The notes under the pieces were generated by a model that saw only the letters and a program-made list of their open reading frames with translations, had not been told where the DNA came from and did not search any database. Below, piece by piece: positions 8,918 through 19,496 of a stretch of 64,000 nt of DNA. Source of the stretch: an uncultured Acidobacteriota bacterium (GTDB lineage: Bacteria > Acidobacteriota > Thermoanaerobaculia > UBA5066); the NCBI GenBank assembly GCA_963779415.1, contig CAVZYA010000001.1:672001-736000 (forward strand). Direction: 5' to 3'. The position numbers were made by a program, and so were the translations under genes. Numbering within the stretch: the stretch's first letter is position 1; the number at the start of each line of letters is the position of its first letter.

Positions 8918-10300
8918 TCAGCGCGCCGTGCTCGGCGTCCCGCCGCGCTCCAGGACGAACTCCGCGATGGTGTCGAACACGTCGGTCATAACCACCACGC
9001 CGACCGTGCGGCCGCCGTCCAGCACCGGCACGAGGTCGACGCCGTACTGGATCATGGTCGTGACGACACGGCTCAGCCCGTCCCTGCAGCTGACCGTGCC
9101 CCGGATTGGTGCCATGACCGACGGCACGGGCTGCCGGGCACCCTCCACGGCGGCGTCGCTGAAGAACGAGAGCCACCGCAGGCTCGCCAGCCCCGAGAAG
9201 TCGGCGGAAGGCACGAGACCCGCGACCAGCCCCTGCGTGCGATCCATCCGACGGAGCTCCGGCGGGAGGCCGCGAAGGAGGTCCCGGCGTGTCACCACGC
9301 CCAGCACGTGTCCCGCATGGTCGATGACGAGGAGATAGCGTGGCCGGATGAGGTGGCCGTCCGCAAGCTTCACGGTAAAGGCGCCGAGTGCGACGAGAGC
9401 CTCGCGGATCGTCACCGACTCGTGCACGTGCGGGTAGTCCGCAATTGGGACCATGAATTCGCGGGCCGTCTTCTCCGTCGATTGTGCGCCGGCTTCGATG
9501 TCGCTCGGCGGGTCTCCCTCGCAGGCGACGCGGGCGACGCCCGGGATCGCCCCGACGAGCCGCGCGATCAGGTCGCGGTCGCGCGGCACATGCGCGCCGC
9601 CACCGACGTGGACGACCCCCTTGCGCGCCGTCACCGTGAATCCGTGCTCGGGCAGGCCGGAGCGAAAGGCCAGGGTCGCGCGCGCCTGTGCCGCGATCAC
9701 GAAGTCGTCGATCTCACCCTGGCGCTCGGCGTTACGCGCGTACTCCTTCCGCCCCGCCAGGTCGGCCACCAGAGAGACCGCGGCCTCGGGGTCGAGGCAC
9801 TCGAGGTTGATCACCAGGTCGTACAGGGCGGGGTCCGCCCAGTCGGCCTGGTAAACCTGCCGCACCCAGCGCTGGCGCTCGCTGTCAACGGTCTCGATGT
9901 AGCGCTCGGCCTCCTCGCGCGCGAGGCCGCGCTCGGCCATGGCGGCACGCACCCGGTACTCGGTGGGCGCGATAAGCCGGAGCCTGATGACGCACGGCAG
10001 ATTGCGGAGCAGGAACTGGCCCGCGAGTCCATGGTAGATGACGTCCCCCGCCTGGACCTTTTCGGCGAGGGTCGCCTGCACCGCCAGGATGTAGTCCTCC
10101 GCCTCGTGCCGGAAGCGGTCCCACAGGCTGGGAGGACTCTGCATGGCGCGCAGCATCTTCTCCTCGCTCACGCCGTACTGCTGCGCCGCCTCCACGAGCA
10201 CCTCGCGGCTGAGCGTGCGGTAGGAGAGCCGCGCCCCCAGCTTCTCCGCCAGGAGCCGGCCCCCGCTCAGCGTTCCCCGAGAGATCGAGATGATCGCCAT
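8918..10300 (-). CDS. Cytidylate-kinase-like family protein fused to BON-like and CBS domains
   Basis: IISISRGTLSGG...LAEKLG..., DSERQRWVRQVY...DPALYDLVIN; C-terminal CBS pair TAREFMVPIADYPHV. Confidence 0.8.
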   Translation of the reverse strand: MAIISISRGTLSGGRLLAEKLGARLSYRTLSREVLVEAAQQYGVSEEKMLRAMQSPPSLWDRFRHEAEDYILAVQATLAEKVQAGDVIYHGLAGQFLLRNLPCVIRLRLIAPTEYRVRAAMAERGLAREEAERYIETVDSERQRWVRQVYQADWADPALYDLVINLECLDPEAAVSLVADLAGRKEYARNAERQGEIDDFVIAAQARATLAFRSGLPEHGFTVTARKGVVHVGGGAHVPRDRDLIARLVGAIPGVARVACEGDPPSDIEAGAQSTEKTAREFMVPIADYPHVHESVTIREALVALGAFTVKLADGHLIRPRYLLVIDHAGHVLGVVTRRDLLRGLPPELRRMDRTQGLVAGLVPSADFSGLASLRWLSFFSDAAVEGARQPVPSVMAPIRGTVSCRDGLSRVVTTMIQYGVDLVPVLDGGRTVGVVVMTDVFDTIAEFVLERGGTPSTAR

Positions 10301-10425
10301 TGGAGGACGTCGGGACGTTCGGACGTTCTCGGCCGAATGTCAAGGAGGCCGCCAAGGCGTCGGCGGGTGCGCCCGCGTGCTAGGATCTTGCTCCGAAGCG
10401 AGGAAGGTGCGCGTCGTCGGTCGAG

Positions 10426-13400
10426 GTGGACACTAGCACCATGCGATTCCTGGGGCGCGTCTTCCCGTTCCTTGCGTGGTTCAAAGGCTATGACGGCGCG
10501 GCGCTGCGCGCCGACCTCACGGCCGGCGTCACCGTGGCGCTTGTGCTGGTGCCGCAGTCGATGGCCTACGCGCAGCTCGCCGGGCTTCCTGCCTACTACG
10601 GCCTGTACGCGGCCTTCCTCCCGCCCATCGTGGCCAGCCTTTTCGGCTCCAGCCGCCAGCTCGCGACCGGGCCGGTGGCGGTGGTCTCGCTGGTGTGCGC
10701 GGCGGCGCTCGAGCCGCTGGCCACGGCCGGCAGCGAGCAGTTCGTCGCGTACGCGGTGCTCCTCGCACTGCTCGTCGGCGTGGTGCAGCTCGCGCTCGGG
10801 CTCCTCCGGCTCGGCATGGTGGTGAACTTCCTGTCGCACCCGGTGGTCAACGGCTTCACCACCGCAGCCGCCATCATCATCGCCACGTCGCAGCTCGCCA
10901 AGCTGTTCGGCGTGGTCGAGGAGAAGGCGCCGCACCACTACCAGACGGTCGCCCGGGTGGTCGGCGAAGCCCTCAAGAACACCCACTGGCCCACCCTCGG
11001 GATGGCGGCGCTCGCCTTCGTCCTCATGCTCGGGCTCAGGAGGTGGCTGCCTCGGGTGCCCAACGTCCTCGTGGCCGCGGTCGTGACCACGTTGATCGCC
11101 TGGGCGGTCGGCTTCGAACGCGTCGAGACCGTCCCGCTCGGAGAGATCGAGTCGCCGCGCGTCGCCGCGGCCGTGACCTCGTACAACGAGGCGCTGGCGC
11201 TGAAGGAGAGTCTCGAGAGCACGCGCGCCGCGGGCCGGAAGGCGTGGGCCAGCCGGCAATCGCAGGGCAGCGAGGTGTGCGCGCGCTGCCACGCACCGCG
11301 CGACGTGCGCCGCCTGGGCGCGGCCCTCGCCGGTGAGGAGGGCCGCGCCGGAAGCGGCTCGATCCTCGCGCTGCACGACATGTCGGGCCTGCTCGCCGAC
11401 TGCGTGGCCGAAGCACGGAAGACGATCGCGGCGCGGCGCTCGGAGCTCCTCGCGTTGCGCCTGGTGCGTGCGGCCGGCGACAAGGACGGCCGGTTCTTCC
11501 TGAACGGGGAGGCGCCGCCCGGAACCACCATCCTCAGCGGCACGTGGAAGCTGCAGGTGGGCAACCGACCGGTGTTGGCGGATGCGATCACATTGCAGGG
11601 TGGGGGCGCGGTCGTGGGCCGGGTGCCCAAGGGTCTTCCCGCCGTCCGTCTGCCTTCGATGGACGGGAGCATCCTTGTCCGGCTCGTCCCGGCCGCGCTC
11701 ATCATCTCGCTGCTGGGCTTCATGGAGGCCATCTCCATCGCCAAGGCCATGGCCGCCCGCACCAAGCAGAAGCTCGACGCCAACCAGGAGCTGGTCGGTC
11801 AGGGCCTCGCGAACATCTTCGGGTCGCTGACGCTCAGCTATCCGGTGTCCGGGTCCTTCTCCCGCTCGGCGGTGGCCCTCCAGGCGGGCGCGAGGACCGG
11901 CCTGGGGAACGTGGTGTCGGGTCTGGTGGTCCTCGTGGTCCTCCTCTTTTTGGCCCGCTGGCTCTACTTCCTGCCCGAGGCGGCGCTGGCCGCCATCATC
12001 ATGGTCGCGGTTCTCGGGCTGGTGAAGGTCGACGGCTTCGTCCACGCCTGGCGCGCGAACCGCCTCGACGGCGTCATCGGAGTGGTCGCCTTCGTCGTCA
12101 CGCTGGCCTTCGCCCCACACCTGGAGTGGGGCATCGCCACCGGCGTGGCGCTGTCGCTGGGGGCGTACCTCTACCGCACCATGAGGCCCAAGGTGGTCGA
12201 GCTGGCGCCGCATCCGGACGGCGCTCTCAGGGACGCCAGCCGCCACGAGCTCAGGAGCTGCCGCCACCTCGCCGTGATCAGCTTCGAGGGACCGCTCAAC
12301 TTCGCCAGCGTGGCCTACCTGGAGGACGAGATCCTCGGCCGTGTCGCCGAGAAGCCCGGCCTCAGGCACGTCCTCGTCTCGGGCAACGGCATCAGCGAAA
12401 TCGACGCTTCCGGCGAGGAGACCCTGCGCAAGATCGTGGACAACCTGCGCGGCGCCGGCTACGAGGTCTCCTTCTCGGGGCTCTCCGATCCCGTCCTCGA
12501 CGTGCTCCGGCGGACGGGTCTCTTCGACCGGATCGGCGCGGCGCGCTTCTACGCCACACGGGCCCTGGCGATCAGCGAGATCTACCCTCAGGTCCACGCC
12601 GGGAGCGACGAGCCGGACTGCCCGTTCCGGCAGGCCATGCCGCCGGTCGTCGAGCTGTCGCTCCATCCGGATGGGTCGCTTCGGGCCGCGGAACGCCATG
12701 GCCTGACGTGCTGCCGCCACATCGCGGCCTTCCGCTTCGACGCCCCGCTGAGCTTCGCGAACACGGCCTTCCTCGAGCAGGAAATCCTCGGTCGCGTCGC
12801 CGACCGGCCCACGCTGCGCCACGTCATCATCGTCGCCCACGGCATCAGCGAGGTCGACGATGCCGCGGCCCAGAAGATCGGCGACCTGGTGCAGAGGCTG
12901 CGGGCCGCCGGCTTCGCCGTGTCATTCAGCGGCCTGAAGGATGACGTGCAGGAGGTGCTCGAGCGAACGAACGTGGCGCACATCCTGGGCGCCGAGAACA
13001 TGTACCCGACGCAGGCCGCCGCGGTGGCGGCCATCTACGCCCGGGCCCACACCGGCTCGTCCGAGGAGGGCTGCCCGCTGGAGGCGCTGGCGCCGCGCCT
13101 GACGGAGCTGTCGCTCCATCCCGACGGCACGCTGCGCGACGCGCGCCGCCAGCAGCTCCGGCTCTGCCAGGCCATCGGCGTGCTGCGGTTCGACGGACCG
13201 CTCCCCCTCGGCAGCCGCAAGGGGATCCAGTCGGAGTTCATCCGCTGGACCAAGCGGCGGGCGAGCGTGCGGAGCGTCGTCTTCGTGGCGAGCACCCTGC
13301 ACCGGCTGGAGCGGGCCGAGGCCGAGAACCTCGCCGCTCTGGTCCAGGCGGTCCGGGAGGCCGACTACGAAGTGGTTCTGGCGAGCGTCACCGACGAGGC

Positions 13401-14013
13401 GCTCGAGTCCCTCGGCCGCAGCGGAATCGCCGACGCCATCGGCCTCGCGGCCATCGTCCCGTCCGAGTATCTCGCCATCGCCGAGATGCTCCCCTGGGCC
13501 CACGAGGGCCGCGACGAGCCGGACTGCCCATTGCGCGGCCTCCTGCCGCGCGTCGTGGAGTTGGCGCTTCACGCCGACGGCTCGCTGCGCGACGCGCGGC
13601 GCCACGGGCTCGGGCTCTGCCCGCGGATCGTCGCGGTGCGCTTCGACGGGCCGCTCAACTTCGCCACCATCCGCTACTTCGAGTCGCAGCTCGCCGCCTG
13701 CCTCGTAAGGCGCCCCTCCGCCCGGCACGTCCTCCTCGCCGGGCACACTATCGAGCGCCTCGACACCGAAGCCGCCGAGGAGCTGGTGCACCTGTTCGCA
13801 CGGATGAGCGACGCCGGGATCCGCGTGGCGGTGAGCGGACTACGCGACGACGTGCTCGACATGCTGCGCCGCGGTGCCGGGAGCGTCGAGAAGGCCCGCG
13901 CCGAGTTCTTCCCGACCCAGGCCAAAGCGCTCGAGACCCTCTACCCGGACGCGCATCCCGCCCCGGACGAAGAGAGGTGCCCCTTGCGAGAGGTCGTGCC
14001 GGTCCCGGCGTAA
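10426..14013 (+). CDS. SulP/SLC26 anion transporter with CxxCH-containing insertion and four tandem STAS domains
   Basis: DLTAGVTVALVLVPQSMAYA, GLYAAF, GPVAVVSL, DANQELVGQGLAN, GSFSRSA; four FxGPLxFA-type STAS units. Confidence 0.9.
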   Translation: MDTSTMRFLGRVFPFLAWFKGYDGAALRADLTAGVTVALVLVPQSMAYAQLAGLPAYYGLYAAFLPPIVASLFGSSRQLATGPVAVVSLVCAAALEPLATAGSEQFVAYAVLLALLVGVVQLALGLLRLGMVVNFLSHPVVNGFTTAAAIIIATSQLAKLFGVVEEKAPHHYQTVARVVGEALKNTHWPTLGMAALAFVLMLGLRRWLPRVPNVLVAAVVTTLIAWAVGFERVETVPLGEIESPRVAAAVTSYNEALALKESLESTRAAGRKAWASRQSQGSEVCARCHAPRDVRRLGAALAGEEGRAGSGSILALHDMSGLLADCVAEARKTIAARRSELLALRLVRAAGDKDGRFFLNGEAPPGTTILSGTWKLQVGNRPVLADAITLQGGGAVVGRVPKGLPAVRLPSMDGSILVRLVPAALIISLLGFMEAISIAKAMAARTKQKLDANQELVGQGLANIFGSLTLSYPVSGSFSRSAVALQAGARTGLGNVVSGLVVLVVLLFLARWLYFLPEAALAAIIMVAVLGLVKVDGFVHAWRANRLDGVIGVVAFVVTLAFAPHLEWGIATGVALSLGAYLYRTMRPKVVELAPHPDGALRDASRHELRSCRHLAVISFEGPLNFASVAYLEDEILGRVAEKPGLRHVLVSGNGISEIDASGEETLRKIVDNLRGAGYEVSFSGLSDPVLDVLRRTGLFDRIGAARFYATRALAISEIYPQVHAGSDEPDCPFRQAMPPVVELSLHPDGSLRAAERHGLTCCRHIAAFRFDAPLSFANTAFLEQEILGRVADRPTLRHVIIVAHGISEVDDAAAQKIGDLVQRLRAAGFAVSFSGLKDDVQEVLERTNVAHILGAENMYPTQAAAVAAIYARAHTGSSEEGCPLEALAPRLTELSLHPDGTLRDARRQQLRLCQAIGVLRFDGPLPLGSRKGIQSEFIRWTKRRASVRSVVFVASTLHRLERAEAENLAALVQAVREADYEVVLASVTDEALESLGRSGIADAIGLAAIVPSEYLAIAEMLPWAHEGRDEPDCPLRGLLPRVVELALHADGSLRDARRHGLGLCPRIVAVRFDGPLNFATIRYFESQLAACLVRRPSARHVLLAGHTIERLDTEAAEELVHLFARMSDAGIRVAVSGLRDDVLDMLRRGAGSVEKARAEFFPTQAKALETLYPDAHPAPDEERCPLREVVPVPA
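12187..13998 (+). repeat. Four tandem 453-nt (151-aa) STAS repeats within SulP
   Basis: Units start at 12187, 12640, 13093 and 13546 (PxVVELxxHPDGxLRDA...H-x7-CP). Confidence 0.9.
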
Positions 14014-14034
14014 GCCGCGTGGGCGCCCGGGCTC

Positions 14035-14472
14035 TTACCAGCCCCGGGACTTGAGGATCTTCTCGACCTGCTGGCGGGCGCGATCGTCGGTCAGCGCCAG
14101 GCGGCGCGCGCGCGCCTCGCGGATCTTCTCCAGCAGGGTGTTGATGTCGGTCGGCTTCTCGAGGACGTCCACCGCGCCGAGCCGCGTGGCCTCGACGGCC
14201 GTCTTGATGGTGGCCTGGCCCGTGAGGAGCATGACCTGCAGATCGGGGTTCAGGGCCAGGAGCGCCTTGAGCGTCGCGATCCCGTCCATGCCCGGCATTG
14301 CGAAGTCGAGGACGACCGCGTCGAAGCGCGCGGCCCCGACCTTCGCAATCCCGTCCGTGCCCGTGTACGCGACCTCGACCTCGAGCCCGCGGGCCCGAAG
14401 CCGTTCCGCCAGCGTCTCGACGAACTCCACCTCGTCGTCAATCAGGAGCACTCGATCAGTCGACATCAGCAA
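14035..14472 (-). CDS. Single-domain response regulator
   Basis: VLLIDDE...LDFAMPGMDG...LLTGQA...LEKP. Confidence 0.9.
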   Translation of the reverse strand: MLMSTDRVLLIDDEVEFVETLAERLRARGLEVEVAYTGTDGIAKVGAARFDAVVLDFAMPGMDGIATLKALLALNPDLQVMLLTGQATIKTAVEATRLGAVDVLEKPTDINTLLEKIREARARRLALTDDRARQQVEKILKSRGW

Positions 14473-15197
14473 TTACCTCCGGCGGCCGCCTGGCTGGCGC
14501 CGCCCGATTCGGGGCGGACGCTGCCCCGGCGGCTGTGCGGGACGAACAGGACGAGGCGGTCGTCAGCCGCGTGGCGCGGCGCCTCCCGCACTTTGCCCCC
14601 CAACACTTCCAGGATGCTCGAGAGCGCGGCGAGCCGCGCGGCGGTCTCCGTTCCTCGGGGCACCGGGTCGGCGCCGACGAGCACGATCGCCGCTCCGTCC
14701 GGCTGCGGCGACAAAGTGACCGCAATCCGGCCCCGTTCGGTGCTCCCTCCGAGCAGCAGCTCGATGGCCGTGTAGACCGCCTGCTGCAGCCAGAAGGGGT
14801 TGCTCTCGAGCGCGACCCCCGCGTCGGGCAGGCTGGCGGAAAGTTCGGTCTGCCGGAGACGGGTCTGCCGCGTCGCGAAGAACACGACGCGGCCAACGAC
14901 CTCTCGCGCATCGAAGACCACCCAGGGAGCGTCCACGCTGTGCGCGAACTGGTGCATGTTGCGGATGATCGTCTGGCCGCGCTTGACCTGCGCCTGGATC
15001 CGGCACACCGCCTCGCCGAGCTTCTCGAGGCTCCCCGGATCCCCCCGCCGGACGCGACCCAAGGTGTCCTCCTGAAGCCCGGCGAGTTCGTTCACGATGT
15101 TGAAGACGTTGACGAGCTCGTGGCACTGCCCGGCCATGACCCGGCCGAAGAAGACGAGCCCCTCCTCGCAAAGGCGACTCTCGCCCGCGTCGGTCAC
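14466..15197 (-). CDS. Degenerate histidine-kinase-like (possible phosphotransfer) protein
   Basis: GTG start just after the upstream RR stop; H-box-like FFGRVMAGQCHELVNVFNIVNELAGL; N/G1/F/G2 boxes not recognisable. Confidence 0.65.
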   Translation of the reverse strand: MTDAGESRLCEEGLVFFGRVMAGQCHELVNVFNIVNELAGLQEDTLGRVRRGDPGSLEKLGEAVCRIQAQVKRGQTIIRNMHQFAHSVDAPWVVFDAREVVGRVVFFATRQTRLRQTELSASLPDAGVALESNPFWLQQAVYTAIELLLGGSTERGRIAVTLSPQPDGAAIVLVGADPVPRGTETAARLAALSSILEVLGGKVREAPRHAADDRLVLFVPHSRRGSVRPESGGASQAAAGGNC

Positions 15198-15199
15198 GG

Positions 15200-15568
15200 T
15201 CAGGCCCTGGCCGCAGCGCGGCGGAGTATCTCGATGAGGTCCTCGATCTCGACGGGCTTCTGGAGGTAGTCGAAGGCCCCGAGGCGGAGCCCCACCTCGA
15301 CGTCCTCCTTGGCCCCGTGGCCGGAAAGGAGGATCACTTCGAGGTCGGGGTGCGTCTGCTTGAGGCGCTTGATCACGTCCAGGCCTCCGAGGCCCGGCAT
15401 CCGGACGTCGAGCACCACGACGTCGAACGCCTTCTCCGCGACCTTGGCGAGAGCCTCCAAACCGCTCGTCGCGCCGCTCGCCTCGATCCCCCGCAGGCCG
15501 AGCCGCTCGACCACGGTAGACACGAGCTCCTCCTCGTCGTCCACGAACAAGACGCGCAGTGGCACCAT
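15200..15568 (-). CDS. Single-domain response regulator
   Basis: VLFVDDE...LDVRMPGLGG...LLSGHG...YLQKP. Confidence 0.9.
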   Translation of the reverse strand: MVPLRVLFVDDEEELVSTVVERLGLRGIEASGATSGLEALAKVAEKAFDVVVLDVRMPGLGGLDVIKRLKQTHPDLEVILLSGHGAKEDVEVGLRLGAFDYLQKPVEIEDLIEILRRAAARA

Positions 15569-15571
15569 CCG

Positions 15572-17290
<1,719 letters not shown>

Positions 17291-17440
17291 GGTTCGCCGT
17301 CGCCCGGCGCCAGCCTCCCATGAGGAGGTAGTGGCGTCAACGCGTCGTCCGTCGCCCGCCAGCCCGCGTCGCGAGAGCCGGTGCATGGGAGACGCGCGTC
17401 CCTCACACACAACCAGCGAATCCGCACGTAGGACAGGGAA

Positions 17441-17455
17441 GCAAGGACCGCGCCC
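17441..17455 (-). promoter_or_regulatory. Putative sigma54 -24/-12 promoter
   Basis: Minus strand GGGCGCGGTCCTTGC (GG-N10-GC) upstream of the HK-RR operon. Confidence 0.6.
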
Positions 17456-17518
17456 GAGCCGTCAAGGTCCGGAGGTCGTTGAATCCCAGTAGGTTCAGGC
17501 TGCTGGCGGGCGTCGCCC

Positions 17519-17538
17519 TGTTACCGTCTCTTCACAGC
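17519..17538. promoter_or_regulatory. Putative activator-binding site, copy 2
   Basis: TGTTACCGTCTCTTCACAGC, matching 3655-3674. Confidence 0.6.
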
Positions 17539-17543
17539 GGAGG

Positions 17544-17852
17544 CTTCACGGGCCCGACCTCAACTGCGTCCGATACCGGTACGACGAGCGCGCCGGCCAG
17601 CGCCTGAAGACCGTGGAAATCGTCGTCGGCCGCGCCCGCTGGCGGCCCCCACGTCGCATTCCGAACGACGCCCTCGTCTCCGTGAAGGTGGAGTTGTGGG
17701 AGAAGGCGCTGCAGGAACGATTGAAATCCGCTGGCGCCCGCTGGGATCCGGCGCTACGTTTGTGGCGGATGCGATACGACAAGGCCGTCGAGTTCAGGGT
17801 CCGGAGGCGACTCGTGAGCCTCCGGCCGCAGGAAAAAAGCACCCAGAAGTAG
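17544..17852 (+). pseudogene. 5'-truncated conserved hypothetical gene of the kind seen next to integron attI sites
   Basis: Frame extends upstream of the listed ORF: LHGPDLNCVRYRYDERAGQRLKTVEIVV...VKV...LKSAGARWD...LWRMRY; no start/RBS before the CVRYRYD motif. Family link is from recollection, not a search. Confidence 0.5.
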
Positions 17853-17924
17853 GAACCTCAATGCGCCTGGATCCAGACCCTTCAACCTCTTTTCCTTCAA
17901 AAGCGTCTAGATCTACTCACCCCC

Positions 17925-17954
17925 GTCTGACGTCTAATACTAGTTAGGTTGCGG
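17925..17954 (+). other. Integron attI-like recombination site / start of cassette 1
   Basis: TCTAATACTA-GTTAGGT (GTTRRRY at 17943); GTTAGGTTGCGG is the exact reverse complement of CCGCAACCTAAC at 18355-18366. Confidence 0.7.
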
Positions 17955-18365
17955 AACAAGACATTGGCTCCGGCCATCAAAGTCGCCATCGTTCTCGACC
18001 GGGCGTTTCAGGGCGCATCTCTGCGCGAACTCGCCCAACAGTGCCACGTCTGGTTGGTCGGAACCGAGGCAAACGTGCGCGAGGCCCGGTCTTTCTGGGC
18101 GGCATTCCCGGGAGCCACCCGTACTTCCAGTCTTACCACGTTCACGCCCGGCGATCACGCGGAGCCGGCAGCCGAGTGCGCGGCTCTCCTGCATAACATC
18201 GACCTTCATCACGGGCCAGTATCGTCTGTGCCACCGTACAGCGTCCTCGAGATCATCGGCGCCACGCTCACCCCTTCTTTCGAGCAGGTGTGTCGTTCCC
18301 TCGGTTTCTCGTCCTTCGTCAACACGGCTGCCGGCTTCCAGGCCGAGCGGCCGCCCGCAACCTAA
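17949..18365 (+). CDS. Integron cassette 1, hypothetical protein
   Basis: ORF fills the space between GTTRRRY and RYYYAAC; its stop TAA lies inside ACCTAAC; start uncertain. Confidence 0.6.
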   Translation: MRNKTLAPAIKVAIVLDRAFQGASLRELAQQCHVWLVGTEANVREARSFWAAFPGATRTSSLTTFTPGDHAEPAAECAALLHNIDLHHGPVSSVPPYSVLEIIGATLTPSFEQVCRSLGFSSFVNTAAGFQAERPPAT

Positions 18366-18435
18366 CCACGTATCTGGACTCCTCCTGTTGGTCAAGTGCG
18401 GGCGGTGTCTGATCCTCTCCTTCTAAGCAAGGCGA
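18361..18435. repeat. attC R'' plus IS1111-type end, copy 1
   Basis: 49-nt perfect core 18365-18413 equals 19426-19474, with about 75 nt similar overall; contains TATCTGGACTCCTCC. Confidence 0.8.
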
Positions 18436-18900
18436 CGTTTCGATGGGCGAGGGAGTCTCCCAGAGCGTTTCACGGACGGCCGGAAGGGCGCTCCCGGCCC
18501 CCTCGCGCATCGTCACCCCGAATTCCCTCAGAAGACCCCTCACCGTGTTCAGCCGTGCGATCCGGGTCTTCATCAAGACCGCGCGAATCCGGTGAAGCGA
18601 GGAGATCGTCTGCTGCTCCACGGTTTTCACGCGCACAGGCGAGATCTCTTTCCGATGCCGCGCCGAAAGGATCGCCTCCGTGTCCCTCCGGTCGGTCGTC
18701 TGGCCGATCCGGTATTTCTTGACGTGCTGTGCCGGCAGCAGGCCGACATCGTGCCCGAAGCCCCGTGCTACCCGCCCAAAGTAGTGCGACGAGCCGCAGG
18801 TCTCCATCAGAACCCTGGCCTTCGGACACTCCGACAGAAACGCCGAAAGCTGCCGCCGGTTGAGCCGCTTCTTCTGACAGATGCGCCCCTGGCGCTCCAC
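18371..18900 (-). mobile_element. IS110-family (IS1111-like) remnant inserted in attC; truncated transposase
   Basis: VLMETCGSSHYFGR...GHDVGLLPAQHVKKY...DRRDTEAI...KTVEQQTISSLHRIR...NTVRGLLREFG; N-terminus and C-terminal domain missing; orientation opposite to the cassettes. Confidence 0.85.
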
Positions 18901-18925
18901 TGAACGCGGTATCGTTGGGCTGCAG
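18896..18925 (+). other. Right part of attC (R') / start of cassette 2
   Basis: CCACTGAACGCGGTATC-GTTGGGC; GTTGGGCTGCAG pairs 10/12 with CTGCAGCCTGAC at 19416-19427. Confidence 0.7.
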
Positions 18926-18942
18926 GAGGGAGTCCGCGTTCG

Positions 18943-19176
18943 GTGGACTTCGAGCTTCTCTCGGCCATCACGGAAATCGAGACCATCGCTCGCGGGGCCG
19001 GCATTCGCGAGCTTCCACGCTTGCGGCGCGTGTACGGCCCGGCGCGCTGGCTCAAGCGGAAGGGCTTCGCTTTCGTTCGCGCCTCGGATGGCCTAACCTA
19101 CCGGGCGGAGATTCACTGGTATGAAGCGAGTGGCATCGGTCGGAAAGAACTCAAGGTCAAGCGCTACCTCCCGTAA
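18943..19176 (+). CDS. Cassette 2 gene A, small basic hypothetical (TA-like pair)
   Basis: 77 aa, GGAGGG RBS; IETIARGAGIREL.RL...YG..RWLKRKG...EIHWYEASGIG.KE.KVK. Confidence 0.7.
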   Translation: MDFELLSAITEIETIARGAGIRELPRLRRVYGPARWLKRKGFAFVRASDGLTYRAEIHWYEASGIGRKELKVKRYLP

Positions 19177-19426
19177 GCCGGCCGCCGCGCCAGCGCACCG
19201 GGCTCGGCGGTACGTTATCTGTGTGAGCTCTGCCGGCTATCGCGCTTCACTCGAGGTCGGTAAGGTCTACCGCAGCCTCGGCACTCCTTCCCATGGCCCG
19301 GCGGACCATCTGCGCGTCGTCGACGAGTCTGGCGAGGACTACGTTTACCCGAAGGGTCTCTTTCGGGCCATCACCCTTCCCGTTCCCGTTCAGCGCGCGC
19401 TCTCTCACGCCGTCTCTGCAGCCTGA
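19121..19426 (+). CDS. Cassette 2 gene B, small hypothetical (TA-like pair); true start probably later
   Basis: YVICV...Y.ASLE..KVY...LRVVDESGEDYVYP...F..ITLP; stop lies inside the R''-like GCCTGAC. Confidence 0.65.
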   Translation: MKRVASVGKNSRSSATSRKPAAAPAHRARRYVICVSSAGYRASLEVGKVYRSLGTPSHGPADHLRVVDESGEDYVYPKGLFRAITLPVPVQRALSHAVSAA

Positions 19427-19496
19427 CCACGTATCTGGACTCCTCCTGTTGGTCAAGTGCGGGCGGTGTCTGATTTTCTCCTACTCAGCAAGGTGA
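19422..19496. repeat. attC R'' plus IS1111-type end, copy 2
   Basis: Direct repeat of 18361-18435 at the same position relative to the cassette end. Confidence 0.8.

Noticed and set aside
18361-19496. 49-nt direct repeat as a CRISPR array or composite-transposon ends
   Set aside because: Only two copies about 1 kb apart, no cas genes; better explained as attC R'' plus IS1111-type ends
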